DNA of 64,000 nucleotides from an uncultured Chlamydiae bacterium (GTDB lineage Bacteria; Chlamydiota; Chlamydiia; Chlamydiales; SM23-39): NCBI GenBank assembly GCA_963828125.1, contig CAWHDP010000002.1, positions 768,539 to 832,538 of the forward strand, read 5' to 3'. Shown piece by piece: positions 55,210 to 64,000 of this stretch (position 1 is its first letter; each line of letters starts with the position of its first letter). The notes under the pieces were generated by a model. It saw only the letters and a program-made list of their open reading frames with translations, ran no database searches and was not told where the DNA came from. The position numbers and the translations under genes were made by a program.

Positions 55210-55821
55210 ATGATGAAAGAAATCTGGTTGTCGGTCGCTGGCTTGATCGGCGCCCCTCTAGCAGCTGAAACGATTGGAAACATCGAATTCCAATTCCCCC
55301 CCTCAAACTACGAATGGAAGCTTCTGGTCGACCAAGAGTTTTTTTTCGATTATTGCCGTGACAATGACGATCAAGGCGACGAGGAGATTCTCCCCGAGGA
55401 ATCGCTCGATTGCGATGACGAGGATTTAGAAATGCGGATTTTCACACATAGAGAGGGGGACGCTCTTGAAGTGTTGATAGCGATCAACGACTCCTGTATA
55501 GACGACGAAGAAGAGGACGAACTCGACACTTTGGAGATCGTCCAAAAACAACTCGACGAGATGATCAATCAATTTTTACCCAATCACAAAGTCATCATCA
55601 CAAACTATTCGGAACATCAAGACAGCATGTTTGTGGAGTGGGAAATCCGTGACGGATCGCAAGAGTTATTCCATGGCTTAGCACGCGGCCTCAGAGAGAA
55701 AAAGGAGGGGATGCAGAACTTCGCCCTCATCAGCTACCACACAACTGCGCTCAAAACCGAAGCAAACCAGCATATTTGGACCGAGGCGCTCAACCAAATC
55801 AAATTCACCGATTCCCCTTAA
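55210..55821 (+). CDS. Hypothetical exported acidic protein
   Basis: The ORF follows AAGGAG. Signal-like N-terminus and Asp/Glu-rich stretches (DNDDQGDEE, DDEEEDELD). Confidence 0.6.
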   Translation: MMKEIWLSVAGLIGAPLAAETIGNIEFQFPPSNYEWKLLVDQEFFFDYCRDNDDQGDEEILPEESLDCDDEDLEMRIFTHREGDALEVLIAINDSCIDDEEEDELDTLEIVQKQLDEMINQFLPNHKVIITNYSEHQDSMFVEWEIRDGSQELFHGLARGLREKKEGMQNFALISYHTTALKTEANQHIWTEALNQIKFTDSP

Positions 55822-55913
55822 GATTTTTTTTCTGACGTGCGGAGCCTCCTCCGCACCTCTTCTCCCTTTTCAATATAAGATTTTGGTTTTTTTTCTAGAC
55901 ACGAAAGGGTAAA

Positions 55914-55962
55914 CTACAATATATAGTGTGTTGAGGACGGCGTGATCTACCAGATGTGGTAG
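55914..55962 (+). promoter_or_regulatory. Candidate tandem NrdR boxes upstream of nrdAB
   Basis: CTACAATATATAGTGT (55914-55929) and the palindromic CTACCAGATGTGGTAG (55947-55962) both keep the C4, A6, A8, T9, T11 and G13 positions of the NrdR-box consensus as I recall it (acaCwAtATaTwGtgt). Start-to-start spacing is 33 bp. Confidence 0.45.
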
Positions 55963-56031
55963 CGCAGCTAAAAATAGATAAAACAACAAAGAGCCCATAA
56001 TTGGGTTTTTTTCATTTAAACGGACGTTATT

Positions 56032-59000
56032 ATGAAAAGACAAACAACCCACGATACAACAACTTCATTTTTGGAAGAGGCTCCTAAATCTGGCGGCCCC
56101 AAAAAGGGAAATGCAAAAGAGACCCAATATACGGTCGTAAAGCGCAATGGGACGTTAGTGCCGTTTCGACGGGAGCGGATTTTGCGGGCCATTGAAGCGG
56201 CTTTCCGCGATACGAAAAAAGTGGAGGCGCTAGACACAGATCAGCTCCAGGCTGTGGGTCAAATGACCGATCTCGTCGTCAAGCAGGTGTTGCATTTGGC
56301 CTTAAAGGGGGCGTGTCTGACCGTTGAGGGGATCCAAGATGTGGTGGAGGTGACTTTGATGAAAAATGGCCACCACGACGTGGCCCGCGACTATATCATC
56401 TACCGCGACAGCCGCAAAGCCAAGAGAGAGGGCTCTCCCCAAAATCTCAAGATTTACCGGCGGGATAAAACAACCCCTGCCCGCTTCAATCCGATGAAAA
56501 TCGCCTCTTCCATCGAGCGGGCTTTCCGAAGGGCTCGCAAAATCGAAGAGCAGACGACCGATGATGTGATCGGAGCTGTCAATTTGCTGACACAAAAAAT
56601 CGTCGGCGAAATGGCCGATTTAGCGACCAAAGGAGATCTCCTCTATATCGACATGATCGAAGATCGGATCGAGCGGGAGCTGATGGCAGATAAATATTTC
56701 GATGTGGCGAAGCACTATATCCTCTACCGGGCGGAGAAGACGAAGAACCAAGAGATCGCACCGATTGCTATCGATGAGACGGCCCCTGTGCGGCAATTTG
56801 AGATCGGAATGAGCGATAGCGGCAAGATGATCGTCACCGAGACGATGCTCCGCAACAAAATTGCCTACGCTTGTAGAGGGCTCGAGCCGCTCGTCTCGGT
56901 CAGCGAACTTCTCGAGACGGCGATTACGCAATACTATGTGGGCATGAAAGAACAAGAGGTCGATTTGGCAAATATTTTTGCCGCCAAGTCCAAAATCGAA
57001 AAGGAACCTGCCTATTCTAAGGTCGCCTCGCGTCTGCTCCTTGATGTTTTATATCGGGAGACAACTGGCCTGCCTGCCTCAGACTCCACTTTGCCGAAAG
57101 CCCATCGGCAATACTTTAAAAAGTACGTCAAATCGGCGATCTCCTATGACCGAATTTCGCCGAAACTGCTCGATTTCGATCTCGATGAGTTGGCAGGGGC
57201 GATGGATCTCGGCCGGGACGATTTATTTACCTATCTCGGCCTCCAGACGCTCTATGACCGCTACTTCATTCACCACGAACAAAGGCGGCTCGAGACGCCC
57301 CAAATTTTCTGGATGCGGGTCGCGATGGGCCTGGCCCTCAACGAAGGGGAAGAGAAAAATAAAAGGGCGATCGAATTCTATAACGTCTTATCTCAGTTCT
57401 ATTTCACATCCAGTACGCCGACTTTATTCAATTCTGGCACTCTCCATTCGCAGCTCAGCTCGTGCTATCTCTCGACCGTGATGGATGATCTGCACCACAT
57501 CTTCAAAGTCGTGGCAGACGACGCCCAGCTCTCCAAGTGGGCTGGAGGGATCGGCAACGACTGGACGAATGTCCGCGCTACCGGAGCGAGCATCAAAGGG
57601 ACGAACGGCGTCTCGCAAGGGGTGATCCCCTTCCTCAAAGTGGCCAACGATACCGCTGTAGCAGTCAATCAAGGAGGAAAACGGAAGGGGGCGATGTGCG
57701 CGTATCTAGAGACGTGGCATCTCGATATCGAAGATTTCTTGGAGCTGAGAAAAAATACGGGCGATGAGAGGCGGCGAACCCACGACATGAATACCGCCAA
57801 CTGGATCCCCGATCTGTTCATGAAACGGGTTCGCGAGGGGGGAATGTGGACCCTTTTCAGTCCGAGCGACGTCCCCGATTTACACGATCTATATGGGAAC
57901 GCCTTTGAAAAACGGTACTGCCATTACGAGAAGATGGCCGATGAGGGGAAACTCAAGCTCTTCAAGAAAATCGAGGCGATCCAACTTTGGCGCAAAATGT
58001 TGAGCATGCTGTTCGAAACAGGCCACCCTTGGATCACTTTTAAAGATCCATCGAATATCCGCTCGCCGCAAGACCATGTAGGGGTCGTCCATTCATCGAA
58101 TCTCTGCACCGAAATCTTGCTCAACTCCTCAGCTGAAGAGACCGCTGTTTGTAACCTCGGCTCGATCAATTTGGCCAGACATGTGAGCGAGAAGGGGCTC
58201 GATGAACCACTCCTTGCCTCAACAGTGAAAACGGCAGTCCGGATGCTCGATAATGTGATCGACATCAACTTCTACCCGACCGTTGAAGCCGCGAACTCGA
58301 ATAGCCGCCACCGTCCGATCGGCTTAGGATTTATGGGCTTCCAAGACGCCCTCTATATCCAGAATATAAGCTACGCCAGCCATCGCGCGGTAGAGTTTGC
58401 CGACAAAAGCATGGAGATGATCTCGTACTACGCGATCCTCGCTTCAACGGAACTCGCTGCAGAGAGAGGCGCCTACCCGACCTACAAAGGGTCAAAATGG
58501 GATCGGGGCTATCTGCCGATCGACACCCTCGATCTGCTCGAAACAGAGCGAGGAGTCAAGGTCGACGTCGACCGAGGGGGCCAGATGAATTGGACGCCGG
58601 TGAGGGCCGCTCTAAAAAAATATGGGATGCGGAACTCCAACACGATGGCGATCGCCCCCACTGCGACCATTGCCAACATCACTGGCGTGATCCCATCGAA
58701 TGAACCGATCTACAAACATCTGTTTGTCAAATCGAATCTCTCCGGCGAATTCACGGTGATCAATCCCCATTTAGTTGAAAAACTCAAAAGTCTCAATCTC
58801 TGGGACGAAGAGATGATCGACGATCTCAAATACTTCGACGGCTCCATCCGCGAAATCGAGCGGATTCCCGAGGGAGTGAAAAATCTCTTCTTGAACGCCT
58901 TCGAGATCGAACCCGAATGGATCATCGAATGCGCCGCCCGCCGTCAAAAATGGATCGACATGGGCCAATCGCTCAACCTCTATCTCGCAGAACCGAGCGG

Positions 59001-59235
59001 CAAAAAATTGCATCAAATGTATATGCTCGGCTGGGAAAAGGGACTGAAAACCCACTACTACCTCCGTTCCCTCGGAGCCACTCAAATCGAAAAATCGTCA
59101 ATCGATGTGAACAAACGGGGCTTGCAGCCTCGTTGGATGAAAAATAAATCTGCCTCTAACAATATCGTCGTAGAGCGCGCTGAAGAAAAACCAAAAGCTT
59201 GTCAATTAGGTGAAGGATGCGAAAGTTGCCAATAA
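56032..59235 (+). CDS. nrdA: Ribonucleoside-diphosphate reductase alpha subunit with multiple N-terminal ATP-cone domains
   Basis: 1067 aa. Repeated ATP-cone starts ([24 protein letters not shown]; [25 protein letters not shown]). Catalytic motifs NLCTEI and the C-terminal CESC pair. Confidence 0.95.
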   Translation: MKRQTTHDTTTSFLEEAPKSGGPKKGNAKETQYTVVKRNGTLVPFRRERILRAIEAAFRDTKKVEALDTDQLQAVGQMTDLVVKQVLHLALKGACLTVEGIQDVVEVTLMKNGHHDVARDYIIYRDSRKAKREGSPQNLKIYRRDKTTPARFNPMKIASSIERAFRRARKIEEQTTDDVIGAVNLLTQKIVGEMADLATKGDLLYIDMIEDRIERELMADKYFDVAKHYILYRAEKTKNQEIAPIAIDETAPVRQFEIGMSDSGKMIVTETMLRNKIAYACRGLEPLVSVSELLETAITQYYVGMKEQEVDLANIFAAKSKIEKEPAYSKVASRLLLDVLYRETTGLPASDSTLPKAHRQYFKKYVKSAISYDRISPKLLDFDLDELAGAMDLGRDDLFTYLGLQTLYDRYFIHHEQRRLETPQIFWMRVAMGLALNEGEEKNKRAIEFYNVLSQFYFTSSTPTLFNSGTLHSQLSSCYLSTVMDDLHHIFKVVADDAQLSKWAGGIGNDWTNVRATGASIKGTNGVSQGVIPFLKVANDTAVAVNQGGKRKGAMCAYLETWHLDIEDFLELRKNTGDERRRTHDMNTANWIPDLFMKRVREGGMWTLFSPSDVPDLHDLYGNAFEKRYCHYEKMADEGKLKLFKKIEAIQLWRKMLSMLFETGHPWITFKDPSNIRSPQDHVGVVHSSNLCTEILLNSSAEETAVCNLGSINLARHVSEKGLDEPLLASTVKTAVRMLDNVIDINFYPTVEAANSNSRHRPIGLGFMGFQDALYIQNISYASHRAVEFADKSMEMISYYAILASTELAAERGAYPTYKGSKWDRGYLPIDTLDLLETERGVKVDVDRGGQMNWTPVRAALKKYGMRNSNTMAIAPTATIANITGVIPSNEPIYKHLFVKSNLSGEFTVINPHLVEKLKSLNLWDEEMIDDLKYFDGSIREIERIPEGVKNLFLNAFEIEPEWIIECAARRQKWIDMGQSLNLYLAEPSGKKLHQMYMLGWEKGLKTHYYLRSLGATQIEKSSIDVNKRGLQPRWMKNKSASNNIVVERAEEKPKACQLGEGCESCQ

Positions 59236-60263
59236 ATAAAGATAAAAGAGTGAAAGCCGCTGAAAAGCGGCTGATTAATTGCCACGCAGTCGACGTCAAT
59301 CAACTCATGCCATTGAAATATGGGTGGGCTTGGGAACATTATCTAAATGGGTGCGCCAATCATTGGATGCCCAATGAGGTGCCCATGGGAAAGGATATCG
59401 AACTTTGGAAATCCAATCAGTTGAGCGAAGATGAAAGACGGGTGATCATGCGCAATCTAGGTTTCTTCTCGACGGCCGAAAGTTTAGTGGGGAACAATAT
59501 CGTCCTCGCTATTTTCCGCCACGTGACGAATCCGGAGGCGCGCCAATTCCTCTTAAGACAAGGATTTGAAGAGGCAATCCACACCCACGCTTTCCTCTAC
59601 ATCGTCGAATCGCTCACCCTCGACCATGGCGAGATCTTCAATATGTACAATGAGATCAATTCGATCCATAACAAAGATCAATTCGAGATGAACCTCACTC
59701 AGGAGGTGCTCGATCCTCATTTCACGACAAAAACTCCGGAAGGGGCGCAAAAGTTTTTAGAAAACCTGATCGGATACTACATCATCATGGAGGGGATCTT
59801 TTTTTATAGCGGCTTTGCGATGATCCTCTCATTCCTGAGACAAAATAAAATGGTCGGTATCGGCGAGCAGTTCCAATATATCCTCCGAGATGAGACGGTC
59901 CACCTCAATTTTGGCATCGATCTCATCAACGGGATTAAGGAAGAGAACCCCGCTCTCTGGTCTCCTACTTTCCAAGACTCGATCGTGGAAAAAATCAAAG
60001 AAGCTGTCGAGCTCGAAATCCAATACGCTCAAGATTGTCTGCCGCGCGGCATCCTAGGGCTTACAGCGCCGATGTTTAGAGATTATGTCCAGCATATCGC
60101 CGACCGCCGTTTTGAAAGAATTGGGTTGAAAGCGATCTACCGTTCCAAAAATCCATTCCCTTGGATGAGTGAAACAATAGACCTCGGGAAAGAAAAGAAT
60201 TTCTTCGAAACCCGCGTCACTGAGTATCAGTCAGCCTCCACCCTCACATGGAGTTCTGAATAA
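59217..60263 (+). CDS. nrdB: Ribonucleotide reductase beta subunit, class Ic-type (Phe at the radical Tyr position)
   Basis: FFSTAESLV has Glu where class Ia has Asp. [11 protein letters not shown] places Phe at the position aligned with E. coli Tyr122, as in the C. trachomatis Mn/Fe R2. Confidence 0.9.
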   Translation: MRKLPINKDKRVKAAEKRLINCHAVDVNQLMPLKYGWAWEHYLNGCANHWMPNEVPMGKDIELWKSNQLSEDERRVIMRNLGFFSTAESLVGNNIVLAIFRHVTNPEARQFLLRQGFEEAIHTHAFLYIVESLTLDHGEIFNMYNEINSIHNKDQFEMNLTQEVLDPHFTTKTPEGAQKFLENLIGYYIIMEGIFFYSGFAMILSFLRQNKMVGIGEQFQYILRDETVHLNFGIDLINGIKEENPALWSPTFQDSIVEKIKEAVELEIQYAQDCLPRGILGLTAPMFRDYVQHIADRRFERIGLKAIYRSKNPFPWMSETIDLGKEKNFFETRVTEYQSASTLTWSSE

Positions 60264-60294
60264 AAAAAGGGGGGAACTCCCCCCTTTTTTTTTT
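60262..60294. terminator. Bidirectional rho-independent terminator between nrdB and the convergent small gene
   Basis: A7 - gggggg-aact-cccccc - T10. Confidence 0.85.
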
Positions 60295-60296
60295 CA

Positions 60297-60503
60297 TTAC
60301 GATTTTGGCTTGTTGTCGCCGCAACCGCAACCTTTGCCATTTCCATGGTTATCGATTCCAGCCGTTGTAGCTACATCGCTACCCTCTTGTGTAGTAGTCA
60401 CTTCTGGCGTCTCTGTAGACGCTGTATCTGCAGTGGCGGACGTGTCTTGGCTGTAACCTGCAACTGCGCAGCAGCTCGCGATCATAGCGATCAGTAAACG
60501 CAT
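60297..60503 (-). CDS. Small exported, possibly lipidated, Thr-rich protein (68 aa)
   Basis: MRLLIAMIASCC.. is a signal sequence with an IASC lipobox-like site. The C-terminus is GKGCGCGDNKPKS. The ORF follows AGGAGG. Confidence 0.55.
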   Translation of the reverse strand: MRLLIAMIASCCAVAGYSQDTSATADTASTETPEVTTTQEGSDVATTAGIDNHGNGKGCGCGDNKPKS

Positions 60504-60684
60504 AAAAACCTCCTATTTTAGATTATGCGAAAGGTATAAGAATACTAGTGTTTTTGTTGATTTTCTGTATAGGAAAAAATTTCCCACCTACACACGCAAT
60601 ACATTGAATATATTCATATTACAGTTTTATTTTTATTAAAACTTAAATTATAATACAATTAAGCTAAACAATAGAATTTAAATT

Positions 60685-61008
60685 ATGCAGCCGTTTCAAA
60701 AAAAAGAAAATAGCACAGATTTTTCAAATCCCGCTGTCCAGCAAGCCTACGTCCAAAATATAGACAACAACAAAACGTTGATGCGGAAAGAGATCGATGT
60801 AAATAAGGCGGAACAAAATTTATTGAGACAGAGGATCGATCTCATGAAATCATTGGCCAATGATATCCCCTCTTCAGATCCACAATACAGCCTATTCGTG
60901 GTGCAAGCGGAGATGGATCAGGTGGAGATGGATGAATTGAAGAGCCGCGAGTTGATTTTACATGACAAACTATCCAAATTCGAATCATCAGGAGAGAGCT
61001 ATGTTTAA
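60685..61008 (+). CDS. Small coiled-coil hypothetical protein (107 aa)
   Basis: ORF track. Heptad-like sequence. Its stop overlaps the next start (ATGTTTAA). Confidence 0.5.
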   Translation: MQPFQKKENSTDFSNPAVQQAYVQNIDNNKTLMRKEIDVNKAEQNLLRQRIDLMKSLANDIPSSDPQYSLFVVQAEMDQVEMDELKSRELILHDKLSKFESSGESYV

Positions 61009-61276
61009 GAAAAAAACGATCCGTAAAAAAATAGCCAAAACAGCCATTGATCGCGCCGCCGCGTTCAACCAAAAAGCACAGTGGCAAGCCTATCAAGAAC
61101 TCCAAACGAGAGCCAATGACGCTTGGGATCAGCTTCGCAAAGATGTGAAAAAAAATGCCAAATCCAACATCCTCATCCGCGACCATAACCGCCTACTGCT
61201 CCTCCTCGGCGAGTGCAATTATATGGCTGGAGAATGCATGCGGATAGCCGCCAAGGGGAAAAGAAAACGTGCGTAG
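61001..61276 (+). CDS. Small basic hypothetical protein (91 aa)
   Basis: Start MFKKKTIRKKIAK at 61001 after GGAGAGAG. Translationally coupled to 60685-61008. Confidence 0.5.
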   Translation: MFKKKTIRKKIAKTAIDRAAAFNQKAQWQAYQELQTRANDAWDQLRKDVKKNAKSNILIRDHNRLLLLLGECNYMAGECMRIAAKGKRKRA

Positions 61277-61328
61277 TGTAAAAAAACCTCGCAACCCTAA
61301 GCTAGAACCGATATACTAGCGGGAGACT

Positions 61329-64000
61329 ATGTTAGGACGCTCCCCTATTTTGAATGCCGCCGGCCAAGGATATCGCGATTATCTCGTCACGAAATATCTA
61401 CCGCTCAATGAACTGCAAAGCGCGCTCATCGAGCTGGTTCACGTGCCGACCGGGGCGAGGATCACACAGATCGCAACGGACGATCCAGAAAACCTATTTT
61501 GTCTGTCCTTCCAGACCCTCCCCTACAGTTCGAACGGAATTGCCCATATTTTGGAACATACGGTTCTTTGCGGCTCACGGAAATTTCCGGTGAAGGATCC
61601 TTTTTTCGCCATGACGCGGCGGAGCCTCAATACTTACATGAACGCCTTGACAGGGCAAGATTTCACTTGCTATCCGGCAAGCTCGCAAGTCGAAAAAGAT
61701 TTCTATAATCTCCTAGAGGTCTATTTGGACGCCGTATTCCATCCTGAGTTGAAAGCTGTCAGTTTTTTGCAAGAAGGGCATCGCCTCGAATTTGTCGACC
61801 CGAAAAACCGAAAAGGGGCGCTCCAATTCCAGGGGGTTGTCTACAACGAGATGAAAGGGGCGATGAGTTCGATTGAGTCGAGGCTCTGGGAGGCTCTTTC
61901 AAAGCGGCTCACCCCCGATCTGCCCTACGCCTTCAACTCCGGCGGAGACCCAAAGGTCATCCCGACACTGACCCATCAAGAACTCATTGATTTCCACCGC
62001 GAATATTACCACCCTTCTCGCTGCCTCTTCTTTTTTTATGGCAATCTCCCTCTAGTTCAACACTTGGATTTTATCGAGAAAACGCTCTCGGAATCGGGCA
62101 AAATCGTCCCTGTCGCCCCCCTTCCAGAACAAAAGCGGTTTGAAACGCCCGTCGCAGCCTTTGACCGGTATCCGATCGAAGAAGGGGGGGCTATCGAAAA
62201 AAAGGCCCAAATCGTCTTCGCCTGGCTGACCACGCATATCTCGAATCAAAGCGAAATTCTCGCCCTCTCAGTCTTGGAAAGCATCCTCACTGACACCGAC
62301 GCCTCGCCGCTCACAATGGCCCTATTGAAATCGGGGCTTTGCACCCAAGTGGAATCGTCTCTCGACGCCGAAATGAGCGAAATTCCTCTGATGGTCATCT
62401 GTAAGGGATGCGATGGGGAAGATAGCGCAAAGCTTGAAAAAATCCTTTTCGATACGTTGCGAAGCGTCTCCTTTACGGAAGAAGAGATTGAGGCGGCGAT
62501 CCACCAACTCGAGTTTCAGCGAACCGAAATCGGCGCGGAAGGGATCCCGTTCGGACTCACTTTGTTCATGAGGGCCGCCCTGATTAAACAGCACGGGAGC
62601 GAACCAGAAAATGCATTATTGATTCACAGTCTGTTTAAAGACCTCCGCGCTCGATTGAAAGATCCCCGCTATTTGCCGAATCTAATGGAGAAATATCTGC
62701 TCGGCAACACCCATTTCGTCCGCCTCACCCTCAACCCCGATCCAAGACTCAATCGAGAGGAATTGGAAGAAGAACAAAAAAGGCTCACCGAAATCAGGGC
62801 CGCTTTGACAGAAGAGGGAGAGCAGCAAATTGCAGAGCAATCGGCCCGGCTCGCAAGCTACCAGGAGGAAGTGGAACACCAGTCGCTCGACTGTCTGCCG
62901 AAAGTAGATCTCGGGGACGTCCCCCTGCACGCCCGCGACTTCCCCCTCGTTGAGCGGGGCGCCGCCCTCCATCACTCCTGTTTCACCAACCAGATCTTGT
63001 ATGCCGATCTCATTTTTGAGCTCCCCGCCTTGACAGCGGAAGAACTCCCCCTCCTCTCCCTGTTTGCCAAGCTGATTTCAGAGGTGGGCTGCGGGGGACG
63101 CGATTACGCAGAAAACCTCGCCTATCAGCAAGCGTACATCGGCGGATTCGACGCCTCGCTCGCCCTTCACGTGACCCAAGCCGACCCCAATATCGCCCGC
63201 CCCGCCTTTTCGCTCCGAGGCAAAGCGCTCTACCGCAACAGCGAAAAACTCTTCCGCCTCTTTTCCGATACCGTGAACAGCATCGATCTGGACGACAAAG
63301 AGCGGATTCAAGAGTGGCTCTCGCAACATGCGACCGAGCTGCAAGACAAACTCACCCGCTCTGCGATGAGTTACGCCATTCAAACCTCTCTCAGCAGCCT
63401 CTCGATCCCCTCTTTTGTCTATGATCAGTGGCATGGAGTCCCCTACTACCAGTCCGTTCTCCGTTTTGCGAAAAAATGCGACGCCCCATTCATCGCCTCC
63501 CTCAAAGAGATCGGAGCCAAAGTCCTCGGCTTAAAAAACTACCACTTGATCCTCACCTGCGATGAAGAGCACTACCTCCATTTGGAAAAAAACCATTTTT
63601 ACGATCTAAAAATCCCCAATAAAACATACGATCGTTGGACCGGCCGCTACCCGCTGGCTCGCACGGAGCCGCAAGTGCGTTTCATCGCCGCCCCCGTCGC
63701 CTTCACTGCGTACGGGATGCGCACCGTCTCTTACAACAACCCCGACTCCCCCTTCCTCCTCATCGCAACAGAACTGATGGATAACATTGTCCTCCATAAG
63801 GAAATCCGAGAAAAAGGGGGCGCTTACGGCGGCGGAGTCACATATACCCCAAGCACCGGCAATTTTCACTTCTACGCCTACCGCGATCCCCACCTCAAAA
63901 CATCCGTCGATGCATTTCATGAGGCCATTGAAAGGATCGCAAGCCGCAGGTTCACCGACCGGGAGCTCGAAGAGGCGAAACTCGGCGTTCTGCAAAATCT
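61329..64000 (+). CDS. M16C-family (presequence protease/PreP-like) zinc metallopeptidase, 3' end beyond the window
   Basis: Own translation from ATG 61329: MLGRSPILNAAGQGYRDY...GIAHILEHTVLCGSRKFPVKDPFF..L.TYMNA.T..D.T.YP, with the inverted zinc motif HxxEH. It stays open to position 64000 and is not in the ORF track because no stop lies in the window. Confidence 0.85.
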   Translation, partial: MLGRSPILNAAGQGYRDYLVTKYLPLNELQSALIELVHVPTGARITQIATDDPENLFCLSFQTLPYSSNGIAHILEHTVLCGSRKFPVKDPFFAMTRRSLNTYMNALTGQDFTCYPASSQVEKDFYNLLEVYLDAVFHPELKAVSFLQEGHRLEFVDPKNRKGALQFQGVVYNEMKGAMSSIESRLWEALSKRLTPDLPYAFNSGGDPKVIPTLTHQELIDFHREYYHPSRCLFFFYGNLPLVQHLDFIEKTLSESGKIVPVAPLPEQKRFETPVAAFDRYPIEEGGAIEKKAQIVFAWLTTHISNQSEILALSVLESILTDTDASPLTMALLKSGLCTQVESSLDAEMSEIPLMVICKGCDGEDSAKLEKILFDTLRSVSFTEEEIEAAIHQLEFQRTEIGAEGIPFGLTLFMRAALIKQHGSEPENALLIHSLFKDLRARLKDPRYLPNLMEKYLLGNTHFVRLTLNPDPRLNREELEEEQKRLTEIRAALTEEGEQQIAEQSARLASYQEEVEHQSLDCLPKVDLGDVPLHARDFPLVERGAALHHSCFTNQILYADLIFELPALTAEELPLLSLFAKLISEVGCGGRDYAENLAYQQAYIGGFDASLALHVTQADPNIARPAFSLRGKALYRNSEKLFRLFSDTVNSIDLDDKERIQEWLSQHATELQDKLTRSAMSYAIQTSLSSLSIPSFVYDQWHGVPYYQSVLRFAKKCDAPFIASLKEIGAKVLGLKNYHLILTCDEEHYLHLEKNHFYDLKIPNKTYDRWTGRYPLARTEPQVRFIAAPVAFTAYGMRTVSYNNPDSPFLLIATELMDNIVLHKEIREKGGAYGGGVTYTPSTGNFHFYAYRDPHLKTSVDAFHEAIERIASRRFTDRELEEAKLGVLQN

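Overview
This window looks like the chromosome of an environmental, Chlamydia-related bacterium (order Chlamydiales, outside Chlamydiaceae). That assignment is an inference from gene content: a SWIB-domain protein, a long-form FtsH next to tilS, lptF/lptG, a multi-ATP-cone NrdA with a class Ic-type NrdB, a bifunctional AroDE, and a Cys/Pro-rich MOMP-like porin. Core content:
- **Tryptophan operon (2.3-10.5 kb, minus strand):** complete and tightly overlapping, in the order trpR-trpE-trpG-trpDC-trpFB-trpA, followed by a DAHP synthase and aroDE.
- **Housekeeping genes:** ftsH, tilS, lptFG, rpsI/rplM, miaB, mtaB, ligA, glgB, rmuC, pssA, nrdAB, an M32 carboxypeptidase and a PreP-like M16 peptidase.

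Accessory content:
- **Eukaryote-like ubiquitin-pathway mimics:** at least five visibly A+T-richer genes sit between the core genes. They are a RING-like protein with Inc-like membrane segments, a U-box protein, and three F-box-like proteins, two of them also ankyrin-like.
- **Decaying island (about 22.2-27.5 kb):** it carries an IS630 remnant, a frameshifted ImmA/IrrE peptidase, a tRNA-Thr-like 3' fragment, a DUF4379 fragment, an intact AlbA_2/HATPase_c_4 protein, a decayed killer toxin beside an intact antidote gene, and a MITE-like element.
- **Intergenic palindromes:** several families recur across the window.

Five frameshifts, including one in essential ligA, all fall in homopolymer runs, which suggests assembly errors. 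I saw no rRNA, no intact tRNA and no CRISPR array.
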